DNA of 64,000 bases from an uncultured Spirochaetota bacterium. GTDB taxonomy: Bacteria > Spirochaetota > Spirochaetia > SZUA-6 > CAVTHK01. The position numbers and the translations under genes were made by a program. Under the pieces are notes generated by a model, which was not told the DNA's origin, searched no databases, and worked only from the letters and a program-made list of their open reading frames with translations. Positions 29,670 through 40,630 of this stretch are shown here, in pieces. Where the stretch lies: the NCBI GenBank assembly GCA_963734495.1, contig CAVTHK010000005.1, positions 165,913-229,912 on the forward strand. The letters are read 5' to 3'. The number at the start of each line of letters is the position of its first letter. Positions within the stretch are counted from its first letter, which is position 1.

Positions 29670-31030
29670 TCACAGCACCGCGTTCCCGCGGCGGCGCGCG
29701 CCCGCCTCCACGCGATCGGGATGATGCGCTCCAGCACGTCGTCCATGGTGATGATGCCGAGCAGCACCATGTTCGTCGTCCACGACGGGGATGGTGAAGG
29801 CCCGGTACTTCTCCATCAGGTAGGCGACCTCCCGCAGGCTGGACGAAGGGTGGACGTGGTGGAACCGGGGCAGGGCGGCGGTCATGATGGCTGCCGCGGG
29901 ATCGGCGACGAGCAGGCGGCGGATGACGGTCGCGCCCACGAGCCGGTTCTGCTCGTCGACGATGGCCACGAAAGGGCCGGGGTCGGCCACGAGCGCTCTC
30001 TCTTTGATGCGGGCGAGCACCTGTTCGATCGGACGTCTGGCGTGCGAAGGCCATGAACTCGGCGATCATCATTCCGCCCGCGGAGTCGCTGGAGTAGCCC
30101 AGGAGCTGAGAGAGCTTGCGCGAATGCCGGGTCTCCATCAGGCCCAGGAGCCTCTCGGCCGCCGCCTTGGGCAGCTGCTCGAGAAAGTCGGTGCCCTCGT
30201 CCGACGGGACCGCCTGCAGGAGAGCGGCCGCTTCGTGGTCGTCCAGCTCCTCCACGAGGGAGCGCTGCGTCTTGCCGTCGACGTGGATGAAGACCTTGGC
30301 GCGCGTGGCGAGGTCCATGGACCGGAAGACCGCGAGCTGCTCCTTGACGCTCAGGTCGAGGAAGATCTCGCCGAGGTCGGCTGCGGGGATCTTCGCGAAC
30401 TGCGTCCGCGGGATGTCGAGCCTGATCGTCGGGTTTGCCGTGTTGGCCGGCAGGGGCTGAACGTGCTTCCAGGAGATCAGCCGGTCGTGCTTGAGGTAGA
30501 GCGCCCTCGGGCTGAGCAGCCGCACCCAGAAATCGACGAAGAGGCTCGTAGCCGAGCCGGCGGATCACCGCCCTCGCGCCGACGTCGACGTGCGCCACCA
30601 TCAGCAGGTCCCCGGCAGCGAGCAGGCTGACGTCGTTGACGCGGACCAGGCGGTGGTTGTGAGTGTCCACCACCTGCTGGTCGAGCACGTCCCGGCGCAG
30701 CGAGAGCCTCGCCCTGTCGTCGCTCGCGGGTGCAGCCGAGAGCGAGGCGGCGTCCACCGAGAGCCTCACTTCGCGTGCCGAGGCGTCGATGGAGTCCACG
30801 GCGGCCCACTCGACGACCGCGGCGCGCCGTCGGAGCGTGCCCCGCGCCACCACGATCGCCGAGGACTCCGGATAGACCTTTCCGGGCATCACGAGCAGGT
30901 CGGAGAGGCGGCCCGCGTCCGCGTCGGAAACGTCGATGACGCGCGACCCGATGAGGTGCGACAAACAGACGAAAGCCTGGCCCGTCTCGACGGCGACAGT
31001 CACGTCTGACCTCACGACGCGGAAGCTCAT
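29670..31030 (-). CDS. PRC-barrel + MgtE-N + CBS domain protein, soluble MgtE-like (about 4 frameshifts)
   Basis: LDQQVVDTHNHRLVRVNDV, LLGYSSDSAGGMM, LMEKY...IPVVDD and LGIITMDDVL lie in different frames. Confidence 0.82.
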
Positions 31031-31177
31031 GGGTCGCAGGCGGCGCCCGGGCGGCAGTATACACCCCCCGTTCGGGGGGCGCCAACCGCGCCGACGCATG
31101 AGCCGCCGGACGCGCCGGAGGGCTTGATGCCCGGCGCCGCGTCGGCTAACATCGGCGGCCGCAGGCGGGAGGGACAA

Positions 31178-31357
31178 ATGGTGAAGAAGGCGGAATGCGC
31201 CGGCGACCACGATGGTCACATCTGCGTGCTCGCGAGCAAAGAGATGTTCGACACGATCAAGGAGATCACGCGGAACCCGCAGGCTATCTGCTTCAACTGC
31301 GGCCGCGTCGCCGACGAGGCGAAGAACCTCTGCAACCCGATGCCGCTCAAGGATTAG
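31178..31357 (+). CDS. 59-aa Cys/His-rich putative metal-binding protein
   Basis: MVKKAECAGDHDGHICVL...ICFNCGRVA...NLCNP, with RBS GGGAGGG. Confidence 0.75.
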   Translation: MVKKAECAGDHDGHICVLASKEMFDTIKEITRNPQAICFNCGRVADEAKNLCNPMPLKD

Positions 31358-32625
31358 CGCGGCGCGAGGCGAGCACGCCCGCCAGTTCCCGCTGCCGCTG
31401 CCACTTGCCGAAGAGCCTTCCGCTGCCCGTCAGGCGCTGCAGTCGCTCGAGCGCCTCTTCGGCCAGGGCGCCCGGCCGTTCGCCGGCGAACGGCGTCCCC
31501 GGAAGCGGCATGAAGCCGTGGATGCGGATCTTCGCCCCCTGCCCGGCGAGGTCCTCGATCGCGCGCAGCGACTCCTCGCTCTCGGCGGGCCCCTCCCCGG
31601 GGAGGCCGACGATGAAGTCCACGTACGCCCGGTAGCCGGCGGCCAGGATCAGCCCGGTCGCCCGGTAAACGTCGGCCACGGTGTGGCCGCGGTGGATCCG
31701 CTCCAGAACGCGGTCGCTCCCGGACTGCGCGCCGATGACGATGTTGTCGTTGTCGGCGAAGCGGCGGATCAGCGCGAGCGCCTCGCGGCTCACGAACTCC
31801 GGCCGCACCTCGGCGGGGAACGAGCCGAAGTAGATCTTCGCCGGCCGCGGGGCGGCATGCCGCACCGCTTTGAGCAATCGTTCGACCGCGGCGAGGTCGG
31901 CCCCGCGCCCGTCAGTGCGGTAGGCGAGGGCATTCGGGGTGAGGAAGCGCACGAAGTGGTTGCCCGTGGCGAGGAAGCGCTCCACCTCCGAGGCGACGCG
32001 GTCGACGGAGCGGTGGCGGGGCCGGGCGCCGAAGTGGGTGGTGATCTGGCAGAAGCGGCAGCCCCAGGGGCAGCCGCGGGTGATCTCGAAGTAGCCGTAG
32101 CGGCGGTTGGCGGCGGCAAAGCAGGGCACGGCGTCGAGGTCGACCGCGGCCCTGCGGCCGGTGCGCACGCAGGCGCCGCTGCCCTCGCGGTAGGCGAGGC
32201 CCGGCGCGGAACGCCAGTCCTGCCCGTCGATCAGCCTGAGGAGCAGGTCCACGAACGTGGCCTCGCCCTCGCCCACGACCACCGCGTCGAAGCCGAATGC
32301 GAGGGTGCCCTCGGGGTCGCCGGTGGGGTGCGGGCCGCCGGCAACGAAAAGGGCGCTGCCGGGCTCGAGCCCGCGCCTCAGGCTCGCGACGACGGCGGGC
32401 GCGGCCGCGGCCTGCGAGCTGCAGAGCGAAACGGCGACCGCCAGCGGCGCGTGGCGGCGGCCGAGAGCCGCGAGCTCCACCGGCAGGGTCGCCCTCGGGA
32501 TCGAGGTAGTGCAGCGGCAGCCTCGCGAGCCGCGGATGGCTCTCCATGGCCGCGATCAGCGGGACGAAGCTGTGCTTGTTGTTTCGCGTGTAGTAGAGGG
32601 CCAGGCAGGGGCCCGCCGATTCCAT
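31347..32625 (-). CDS. B12-binding radical SAM protein (TIGR04013-like; frameshift near 32490)
   Basis: GGPHPTGDP, VGEGE, EITRGCPWGCRFC, GSFPAEVRP, GAQSGS, FMPLPGTP. The N-terminus YYTRNNKHSF lies in another frame. Confidence 0.85.
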
Positions 32626-32658
32626 AGGCGCATGATAGCCATGCTCGCGACAGCGCGG

Positions 32659-33264
32659 CTACCCCCGCCGACCCCGCCTGACCGACAGGCGGAGAGAATC
32701 CAGACGCGCAAGAAGCCGCGATAGACTCGGCGACGAGCGAGCGGCCACATCGGCTCTCCAGTGATCACGCACGTACTCGAGCATCCGCCCGTTGTACAAC
32801 TCCCCAACGCGTGCAGTGCCCCGCGGGACGAGATCCCGACGCACGGACCGCCGCGGCGAACGTGCGGCTTCCTGCACGATGAACTGTTTTGGGTCGGAAA
32901 TCGCCTCCGGTTCAGCCGCTCTTAGGGAGCGCACCCCGAGAAAATCGGCGAGCGCCTGTCTGTCGGCGATGAGCCAAGCTTCCACTTCGCGAACAGGGAT
33001 GGCCAGGAGCAAGCCGGCCGGGGCCTGCGCAGGAAGCAGCCTACGAGCGAGCTCCGGCGCACACAACGCTGTATCCAAGTCGCGCACGACGACATAGGGC
33101 AGGTGGGCAGAAGCCTGCGCATAGCGATGCAGATTCGCGTCTATGGCCGCGGCACCGCGACCGAGGAGGACGCGGTTTACGGCGAGGTCCCTGCGCGCAG
33201 ACACGATCTTCCGAACAACTGACTCCTGGATTACGTCCTCAACTACGAGCTCGAAGTAGTTCAC
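32659..33264 (-). CDS. DUF4276-like / TOPRIM-like protein
   Basis: VVED, VRDLD (DxD), REVEAWLIAD, DPKQ, SPSL. Start overlaps the ATPase stop. Confidence 0.7.
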   Translation of the reverse strand: MNYFELVVEDVIQESVVRKIVSARRDLAVNRVLLGRGAAAIDANLHRYAQASAHLPYVVVRDLDTALCAPELARRLLPAQAPAGLLLAIPVREVEAWLIADRQALADFLGVRSLRAAEPEAISDPKQFIVQEAARSPRRSVRRDLVPRGTARVGELYNGRMLEYVRDHWRADVAARSSPSLSRLLARLDSLRLSVRRGRRG

Positions 33265-34430
33265 TGCATGAGATCCAGCAGCAACTGCTCTGTATTCGGT
33301 GGAGTAGTGGATGGCAGGACGGCTTCTCCGGCCGAGACTCCCGCGTCCAGCAGGGCTTTGACCTCCTCGATGTCGGCGGCGATCTTGATTGTCGTTCCGT
33401 TTTCGGTCGGGATCAGTGCCGCGATCTCTTCGGCCGCGATGCCCGGATTTCTCAACAGGTCGAGGCTGTGGGTCGTGGCGATCACTTGGCGAGCTCCGCC
33501 ATCGCGGCGCTGCAGTCGCGCGATGATCTCACCGAGGTGTTCCACGACCGCCGTGTGCAGGGATAGCTCTGGCTCTTCGAGCAGCAGCACTCCCTTTCCG
33601 TCAAGGAGCGACCAGAGGAACCCGATCAAGCGCAGGGTACCATCTGAAAACTGATCTTCTCGCTGCCGTGCGCCTTTGGGGCGCCAGTGCCGGAACACCG
33701 TCTCCAGATGATAGCGGCCCCGATCGTCCTGCACCAACTCGAGCCCATCGAAATGAGGCACCGCGATCTGCAGGGCTTTCTTGATCCTGCCCAGGTGACT
33801 GCGTCGAGTATTAGCGTTGAGCCTGGCGATGCGGTCTATGAACCCCGAGCCGAAGTAGTCCTCGTCTTCTGCTGCAGCGAGCGAAGCGCCCGCTTTGACC
33901 AACTGCGGCACGACGTGCAGGTATCTGGTAAGCGCAAGGAAGTCTGTCATTTCGCGGAAGTTCTTGTTTGCAAGCGGTTGCTCCAGCCGTGTGTACTCGA
34001 GAAGCCTTTCATCCGCTGCATCTTCCGGCTCAGGTCGCTTGAACAGACGCGTATCAGCGGCCCAAACCGCTTCTGACTTGACGACGGCAGCGAGCTTGTG
34101 AACACCGCCACCGGTCTGGTTAACGGAAAGCTCGTACCGCCAGAGGGGCTGCGCCTGAGCATCGTCAGAGATTTCGCAGCCCACAGTCACCTCAGAAGGG
34201 CCGTGAGCAAACAGTGATCGGATCTTCGTGAGCCCCCCGCGCGCAGTCTGCACCGCGAACTGCAGGCCGCCGCCAGTGCGACAGAGGTCCCTCAAGAAAC
34301 GAACCGCCTCCAAGAGGTTTGACTTCCCCGATGCGTTCGCCCCGACCAGGAACATCCGTGGCCGCATGGGCAAGTCGACCGAACGGAAATTGCGCCAGTT
34401 TGTCAGTTTCAGCCGGCTGATATAGAGCAT
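33261..34430 (-). CDS. AAA_15/AAA_21-type ABC ATPase
   Basis: LTNWRNF, GANASGKSN, FSDGTLR, LLLEEPE, TTHS. Confidence 0.88.
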   Translation of the reverse strand: MLYISRLKLTNWRNFRSVDLPMRPRMFLVGANASGKSNLLEAVRFLRDLCRTGGGLQFAVQTARGGLTKIRSLFAHGPSEVTVGCEISDDAQAQPLWRYELSVNQTGGGVHKLAAVVKSEAVWAADTRLFKRPEPEDAADERLLEYTRLEQPLANKNFREMTDFLALTRYLHVVPQLVKAGASLAAAEDEDYFGSGFIDRIARLNANTRRSHLGRIKKALQIAVPHFDGLELVQDDRGRYHLETVFRHWRPKGARQREDQFSDGTLRLIGFLWSLLDGKGVLLLEEPELSLHTAVVEHLGEIIARLQRRDGGARQVIATTHSLDLLRNPGIAAEEIAALIPTENGTTIKIAADIEEVKALLDAGVSAGEAVLPSTTPPNTEQLLLDLMQ

Positions 34431-34593
34431 GATCGTCGCCAGATTACACCCGTGCACCTCCAGTTTCAACCAACTCTCGGCGACGAAGCACGTTGCAGCA
34501 GTCATGCGCGGTGCAAGGTCGAGCGATCCGCTGGGGCGGGCGGGATCGCGACCGGCTCGCCGCGGCGGCCTTCTTCATCTTCTTCTCCCCACC

Positions 34594-34641
34594 CATACGG
34601 TTCCGTATGTCTTGTCAAAGAGGAAAACAGGCGGCTATAAT
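34594..34641 (+). promoter_or_regulatory. Palindromic operator and sigma70 promoter of the acyl-CoA dehydrogenase/etf operon
   Basis: CATACGG-TT-CCGTATG (34594-34609), TTGTCA (34612-34617), 18-nt spacer, TATAAT (34636-34641). Confidence 0.65.
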
Positions 34642-34757
34642 GCGCGGCATTCCCATCACGGCGGTTCGCATGCGCGGGCGGCGGTGTTCGGAGCAGACCG
34701 ACAGGGCGAAGCAGTGACCGGCGCGCGGTCACGGCGCGCTGACGAAACGGAGGCAGC

Positions 34758-35920
34758 ATGAACTATTTCCTGACGGACCAGCAGAAGGAGATCCAGGAGC
34801 TCGCGCGGAAGATCGCCAGAGAGAAGATCGAGCCGATCGCCCTGGAGTACGACGAGGGGCAGATCTTCCCGCACGAGATCGTAAAGATCCTCGGCCAGTC
34901 GGACCTGTTCCGCGTGTTCATCCCCGAGGAGTACGACGGCCTCGGCGGCGGCATCATGGAGATGTGCCTCGTGGTGGAGGAGCTCTCGCGCGCCTGCTCC
35001 GGCATCGCGCTGGCGTACGCGGGCAGCGGCCTCGGCACGATCCCGATCATCCTCTTCGGAAACGAGGAGCAGAAGAAGAAGTACCTCCCGCACCTCGCGG
35101 CCGGCGAGTACGTGGGCGCCTTCGCGCTGACCGAGCCCGAGGCCGGAAGCGACGCGGCCTCGATCAAGACGCGGGCCCTGCGCAACGGCGACAACTACGT
35201 GATCAACGGCACCAAGCAGTGGATCACCAACGGCGGCGAAGCCTTCATCTATGCGGTCATCACGCTCACCGACCCGGCGCGCGGCGCCGCGCGGCTCCAC
35301 GGCGTTCATCGTCGAGAAGGGCACCCCGGGCTTCGACGTTCGGCAAGAAGGAGAACAAGATGGGCATCCGCGCCTCGGCGACGCGCGAGCTCATCTTCCA
35401 GGACTGCAAGGTGCCCAAGGAGAACATGCTCGGCCGCGAGGGGCAGGGCTTCCTCGTGGCGATGAAGACCTTCGACCAGTCGCGGCCCGGCGTCGCCGCC
35501 CAGGCGCTCGGCATCGCGCAGGGCGCGTTCGACAAGGCCGTGGCGTACGCGCAGACCCGCAAGCAGAAGGGCCAAGCGATCGCCGCCTTCCAGGGCATCC
35601 AGTTCATGATCGCCGACATGGCCACCGCCATCGAGGCCTCGCGCGCCCTCACCTACCAGGCGGCCAGGAGCATCGACGCCGGCGAGAAGAAGTGCGCGAA
35701 GATCTCCTCGATGGCCAAGCTCATGGCCTCCGACACCGCGATGAAGGTCACGACGGACGCGGTGCAGATCTTCGGCGGGTACGGCTACATGAAGGAGTAC
35801 CCGGTCGAGAAGATGATGCGCGACGCGAAGATCACGCAGATCTACGAGGGCACCAACCAGATCCAGCGCGAGGTCATCGCGCTGAACGTGTACAAAGAGT
35901 TCCTCAAGGAACAGGACTGA
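34758..35920 (+). CDS. Acyl-CoA dehydrogenase (Bcd-like; two frameshifts at about 35290-35340)
   Basis: [55 protein letters not shown]. Confidence 0.92.
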
Positions 35921-36008
35921 GCGCCGCGGCGGGCCGGCCGGGACCGGGAGCGGCGGCCGGCCGCGCGGCGGGATCGCGTCCGAGGGACAGGAGAGACAGG
36001 ACCACACG

Positions 36009-36827
36009 ATGAAGATCGTCGTCTGCATCAAGCAGGTGCCCAACACCACCGACGTCCGGATCAACCCCGAGACCAACACCCTGATCCGCGAGGGCGTCGA
36101 GAGCATCATCAACCCCTTCGACATGTACGCCATCGAGGAGGGGATCAGGCTCAAGGAAAAGTACGGCGGGGAGACGATCGTGCTCACGATGGGCGCGCCG
36201 ATGGCGGAGAGCGCCCTGCGCGAGGCAGTGAGCCTCGGGATCGACAAGGCGGTGCTGCTGACCGACCGCGGCTTCGCGGGGGCGGACACGCTGGCCACGG
36301 CCTTCACGCTGGCCGCCGCCATCGACCAGCTCGACGGCGCGGACATCATCCTGATGGGCAAGCAGGCTTCCGACGGCGACACCGGCCAGGTCGGCCCGGG
36401 GGTCGCGCAGAACCTCGACGTCCCGCACGTCACCGACGTCCGGAAGATCGAGGAGATCGCCGACGGAAAGATCACGGTGCAGCGACTGCTCGAGGACGGC
36501 TACCTTCGCCTGAGGACGAAGCTCCCCGCGGTCATCACGGTGGTCAAGGAGATCAACGAGCCGCGGCTGCCTTCGCTCCGCGGCAAGATGGCGGCGAAAA
36601 AGGCGGAGATCACGAGGTGGGACCGCGAGAAGCTCGACGTCGACGCCAAGCGCGTGGGCCTCAACGGCTCCCCGACGCAGGTGATCCGCATCTTCACCCC
36701 TCCCAAACCCAAGGGAGGCAAGGTCATCACCGGCGAGCCCCCCGAAGCGGTGGCGGCGCTGATCGCTGACCTCAAGGCGGCGGGCATCCCGATCGGCTCT
36801 GGGCGCAAGAGCGCGGAGGCCAACTGA
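36009..36827 (+). CDS. etfB: Electron transfer flavoprotein beta subunit
   Basis: CIKQVP, INPFD, GADTLAT, DGDTGQVGP, GSPTQV. Confidence 0.95.
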   Translation: MKIVVCIKQVPNTTDVRINPETNTLIREGVESIINPFDMYAIEEGIRLKEKYGGETIVLTMGAPMAESALREAVSLGIDKAVLLTDRGFAGADTLATAFTLAAAIDQLDGADIILMGKQASDGDTGQVGPGVAQNLDVPHVTDVRKIEEIADGKITVQRLLEDGYLRLRTKLPAVITVVKEINEPRLPSLRGKMAAKKAEITRWDREKLDVDAKRVGLNGSPTQVIRIFTPPKPKGGKVITGEPPEAVAALIADLKAAGIPIGSGRKSAEAN

Positions 36828-38044
36828 TGGACGAGAACCCGATCCGCATCATCGCGGAAAACTGCACGGGCTGCAAAGCCTGCGAAAAGGTCTGCCCCTA
36901 CGACGCGATCCACGTGGTCAAGGGCGCCCCGGGCGCGACCCATCCCGCGGGTCTCGCGATCGTCGACGACAAGTGCACGCTCTGCGGCGCCTGCGTGCCC
37001 GCGTGCAAGTTCGACGCGATCATCATCAGCAGGAGCACGTTCGAGGGCCAGAACATCGCCACGTATTCGGGCATCGCGGTGTTCGCCGAGAACCGCTTCG
37101 GGAAGCTCTCCTCCGTCGTGCCGGAGATCATCGGCGCGGCGCTCGAGCTGAAAAAGGAGCTCGGCAAGCCGATCTTCGCGATCCTGCTCGGCGGCGGCGT
37201 GCGGCCGCTGGCCGACGAGCTCATCACCTACGGCGTCGACCAGGTGTGGATGATCGACAACCCGAAGGTCGGCGAGTTCAACGAGGACGTGCAGGCCCAG
37301 CTCGTCACGCAGATCCTGCAGCAGAGGCGCCCCGAGATCTTTCTCGGCGGCGGCACCGTCATGGGCCGCTCGCTGCTGCCCCGCGTGGCCGCGACCATCC
37401 TCACCGGCCTGACCGCGGACTGCACCGAGCTCACGATCGACTCCGACACGAAGCTGATGCGCCAGACGCGCCCCGCGTTCGGCGGCAACATCATGGCCAC
37501 GATCCTCTGCCGCAACCACAGGCCGCAGATGGCCACCGTGCGCCACAAGGTCATGAAGCCCGCGACGAAGATCGAAGGCCACAAGGGCAAGATCGTCGAG
37601 TTCGACCACATCCCGATCCCCGAGCCCCAGGTCGAGGTGCTCGAGTTCGTCAAGGAAGAAGGCGAGACCGTCAACCTGGCCGACGCCGACTACATCGTCT
37701 CCGGCGGCCGCGGGCTCAAGGACCCCAAGAACTTCGAGCTGCTGCGCTCCCTCGCCAAGGAGCTGGGCGCCGCCGTCGGCGCCTCGCGCGCCGCGGTCGA
37801 CGCGGGCTGGATCCCCTACTCGCACCAGGTCGGCCAGACCGGCAAGACCGTCAAGCCGACGATCTACTTTGCCTGCGGCATCTCGGGCGCGATCCAGCAC
37901 CTCGCGGGGATGAAGAGCTCCGACATCATCGTGGCCATCAACAACGACCCGCACGCGCCCATCTTCGACGTGGCGCACTTCGGCGTCGTCGGCGACCTCT
38001 TCCAGGTCGTGCCGGAGATGATCAAGCAGCTCAAGTCGAGCTGA
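36827..38044 (+). CDS. etfA: Electron transfer flavoprotein alpha subunit with N-terminal 2x[4Fe-4S] ferredoxin domain
   Basis: [12 protein letters not shown] and [11 protein letters not shown], then [21 protein letters not shown] and GISGAIQH. Confidence 0.95.
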   Translation: MDENPIRIIAENCTGCKACEKVCPYDAIHVVKGAPGATHPAGLAIVDDKCTLCGACVPACKFDAIIISRSTFEGQNIATYSGIAVFAENRFGKLSSVVPEIIGAALELKKELGKPIFAILLGGGVRPLADELITYGVDQVWMIDNPKVGEFNEDVQAQLVTQILQQRRPEIFLGGGTVMGRSLLPRVAATILTGLTADCTELTIDSDTKLMRQTRPAFGGNIMATILCRNHRPQMATVRHKVMKPATKIEGHKGKIVEFDHIPIPEPQVEVLEFVKEEGETVNLADADYIVSGGRGLKDPKNFELLRSLAKELGAAVGASRAAVDAGWIPYSHQVGQTGKTVKPTIYFACGISGAIQHLAGMKSSDIIVAINNDPHAPIFDVAHFGVVGDLFQVVPEMIKQLKSS

Positions 38045-38077
38045 AGGCAGGGGCGGCGGCCCGCCGCCCCGAGCCGA

Positions 38078-39247
38078 TCAACCCGCCGCGCCCAGCGCGA
38101 GCGCCACGCCGATCCCCAGGTAGGTCCCGACCACCCAGCCGATGATCCCGGTGATGACGCCCGGGACGAGCACTTCCCTGTTGCCCAGCGCGGCCGACAC
38201 CATCGGCACGAAGGGCGGCGAGCAGATGCCCGCCACCGAGGTGATCATCATGGTGTCGGCGTCGATCCGCAGCAGGGCGCACAGGCCCGCGTGCACGGCC
38301 AGCGAGCCGAAGATCGCGACCGCGACGTACCCTGCCACCGCGGGCGCCGAGGAGGCGAGCGCGGCGAGGTTCGCCATCGACCCGACCGCCAGGCAGAACA
38401 CGAGGATGATGTAGTTGCCGAGGGCGAAGGTCAGCCGGATGCCCTTGATCCCGCGGGAAAACGAAGCGGCGATGCCGAGAGTCGTCACGGCGAGGATCGC
38501 CGCGATGGTGCCCCACTGGCCGGGCACGACGAGCGTGAGGGCGGCGCCCGCGGCCGCGATCACGACCGCCAGGCCGAACGCAGCCGCGAGCGGGCCCGCC
38601 ACGCCGCGCGAGAGGAGACCTCGGAACGAGGTGGCCCCCTGGCGGGCATCGATGGCGCCCGAGGCGGCGGCGTCGCGCTGTCGCGCGGCGGGAGCGAACG
38701 GCAGGAGCGCGCGCATGATGCGCTTGCCCACGGTCATGAGGAACAGCAGGTAGAGTCCCGACAGCACGATGTCGCTGGCGTTGGCTGCGACGAACAGGGA
38801 GGCAGAGACGCGGAGAGCCGTCGCGATGGCCGCCAGGTTGATCGTGCCGCCGGTGTAGACGCCCACGAGCATCCCCGAAAGCTTCGCCGTCTCAGCCCCG
38901 ACTGCGCTCCGGAACAGGAAGAATCCGCCCGCGGCCACGACGCAGATCGAGAGCGTCTCCAGCGCAAAGGCCATCAGCGCTCTGGGGCCCGAGCGCCGCC
39001 ACTCGCTCAGGTCCAGCGAGAAGAAGAGCAGCGGCAGGGCGATCGGTACCGCGGCCATGGTCACGGCCGCCTGAACCGCCCCGGCGCCCGCGGGGAGGAT
39101 GCGCGCGTTGCCCAGCAGCAGCCCCGCGGCGTAGCAGATGACCGCCGGGCCGATCTTGTCCGCGAAGGCGAGCTTTCGTTCCGCGAGCCACAGGACCACG
39201 GCCGGAAACGCGAGGAAGAAGACTGCGAGAAGCGGGGTGGCGGCCAT
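38078..39247 (-). CDS. DUF819-family membrane protein
   Basis: Polytopic; [21 protein letters not shown]. Confidence 0.75.
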   Translation of the reverse strand: MAATPLLAVFFLAFPAVVLWLAERKLAFADKIGPAVICYAAGLLLGNARILPAGAGAVQAAVTMAAVPIALPLLFFSLDLSEWRRSGPRALMAFALETLSICVVAAGGFFLFRSAVGAETAKLSGMLVGVYTGGTINLAAIATALRVSASLFVAANASDIVLSGLYLLFLMTVGKRIMRALLPFAPAARQRDAAASGAIDARQGATSFRGLLSRGVAGPLAAAFGLAVVIAAAGAALTLVVPGQWGTIAAILAVTTLGIAASFSRGIKGIRLTFALGNYIILVFCLAVGSMANLAALASSAPAVAGYVAVAIFGSLAVHAGLCALLRIDADTMMITSVAGICSPPFVPMVSAALGNREVLVPGVITGIIGWVVGTYLGIGVALALGAAG

Positions 39248-39249
39248 GA

Positions 39250-40461
39250 CTACCTCCGGAGCTCGAATGCGACCTTGAGCGACCAGGTCCGCGCTTTGTC
39301 GCGCGCTGCCGCGAGGGTGAGCGCGCGGCGGTACTCAGCCAGGGGGAAGCGGTGCGTGACGAACCCCGAAAGCCTCATCCGCCCCTCTCGCACCCACGTC
39401 ACGACCCGCTGGAACGAGGGCAGGCGCGCGCCGCCCCAATCCTCCACGCCGTGCGAGCGCATGCCGACGATGTCCACCTCGTGGTACCAGACGGGCGTCA
39501 GGTCGATGCCCATGGGCGCGAGCGCGGCGCCGACGAGCACGACCCTGCCGCCCGGCCGCACGCAGCGCAGCGCGGTCCCGAGGGTGCCCGGACCGCCTAC
39601 GCAGTCGCAGGCGAAATCGAAGCCCCCCACGCACACGCGGTTGCGGCCGAAGCCGGAGTAGACGCGCCCGCCCGCGAGGCGCGCGGCAGCCGCGACCAGG
39701 TCCTCCCGCACCAGCGCGCGGTCGGCGCCGCGCGCGCGCGCCTCCTCCGCCTGCCGGTCGAACAGGACCGCGGCCGTGATGTCCAGCCCCGGTTCGGCGG
39801 CGCGCAGCGCCTGGATCGTCATCAGCCCGATGGTGCCCGCGCCGATGACCAGCGCCTTCTCGCCCGCCTCGGGCCGCGCCCGCAGCGCCGCGCGCACGCC
39901 GTTGGAGGCCGGCTCGAGGAGCACCGCCTCCTCGTCGGTGAGCTCCGGCGGAACCTTGAAGAGGTTCGACTCGTGGCGGACGAACTCCTCGCCCCATCCG
40001 CCGCCCTCGGGCTGCGGGCCCGCGTGCTCCGCGGCGTTCCAGCACACGATGCGATTGCCCGCGGCGCAGGCGGGGCACGGCGGGTCGATCCCCATGCTGA
40101 AGCAGTCGCTGGAGCCGTCCATCGCCACGCGGTCGCCGGGCTTGAAGTCCCTGACCTCCGCGCCGACCTCCACCACGTCGCCGACCGCTTCGTGACCGAG
40201 CGAGCCGGGCGAGCGGCCCGGAAGCGCGGCCGGCGCCACGGCGAGGCTTCCCTGAACGAAAACAAGGTGAAGGTCGCTGCCGCAGACCCCGGCCAGGCGC
40301 GTGCGGACGCGCACCCACCGCGGGCCCGGCAGCGGCGCGGGCGGCAGGTCCACGAGGCGAAGGGGCGCGAAGGGCGCGAAAAAGGCGCCCGGCCACACGG
40401 ACCCGAGCACAGCGGCGGCGATCACCCGCGGCGCGCTCAGATCGATGACGAGGGATTTCAA
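39250..40461 (-). CDS. Zinc-dependent MDR alcohol dehydrogenase
   Basis: GVCGSD, GHE, CPAC, EP, GAGTIG. TTG start after GGAGG. Confidence 0.88.
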   Translation of the reverse strand: MKSLVIDLSAPRVIAAAVLGSVWPGAFFAPFAPLRLVDLPPAPLPGPRWVRVRTRLAGVCGSDLHLVFVQGSLAVAPAALPGRSPGSLGHEAVGDVVEVGAEVRDFKPGDRVAMDGSSDCFSMGIDPPCPACAAGNRIVCWNAAEHAGPQPEGGGWGEEFVRHESNLFKVPPELTDEEAVLLEPASNGVRAALRARPEAGEKALVIGAGTIGLMTIQALRAAEPGLDITAAVLFDRQAEEARARGADRALVREDLVAAAARLAGGRVYSGFGRNRVCVGGFDFACDCVGGPGTLGTALRCVRPGGRVVLVGAALAPMGIDLTPVWYHEVDIVGMRSHGVEDWGGARLPSFQRVVTWVREGRMRLSGFVTHRFPLAEYRRALTLAAARDKARTWSLKVAFELRR

Positions 40462-40630
40462 GCGACCTCCGGGCGAGGAGTATACGGGCGCGGCCGGATC
40501 GGTCAACCCGACGGGGTTCCGTCCAGTCGGTTTTCCAGCCGCCGCGACCGAAGTGCGATATCATTGACCCTGCCCCTCTGTGGTTCCTTCGAGCGGCCTG
40601 CAGGGCGGGATGAGCTGAGGAGGACAAGAC

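Noticed and set aside
28430-29770. Possible CBS-NRAMP fusion protein
   Set aside because: The CBS tail enters the NRAMP frame only between apparent compensating indels; a stop at 29670 and a GTG at 29668 fit two separate genes.
35280-35345. Programmed frameshifting or recoding in the acyl-CoA dehydrogenase and other genes
   Set aside because: I saw no slippery heptamers or in-frame TGA/TAG at conserved positions; scattered indels explain the pattern better.
40500-40630. Possible riboswitch upstream of the small lipoprotein
   Set aside because: A CCCTGC/GCAGGG stem exists, but I recognised no riboswitch consensus; an Rfam search would be needed.
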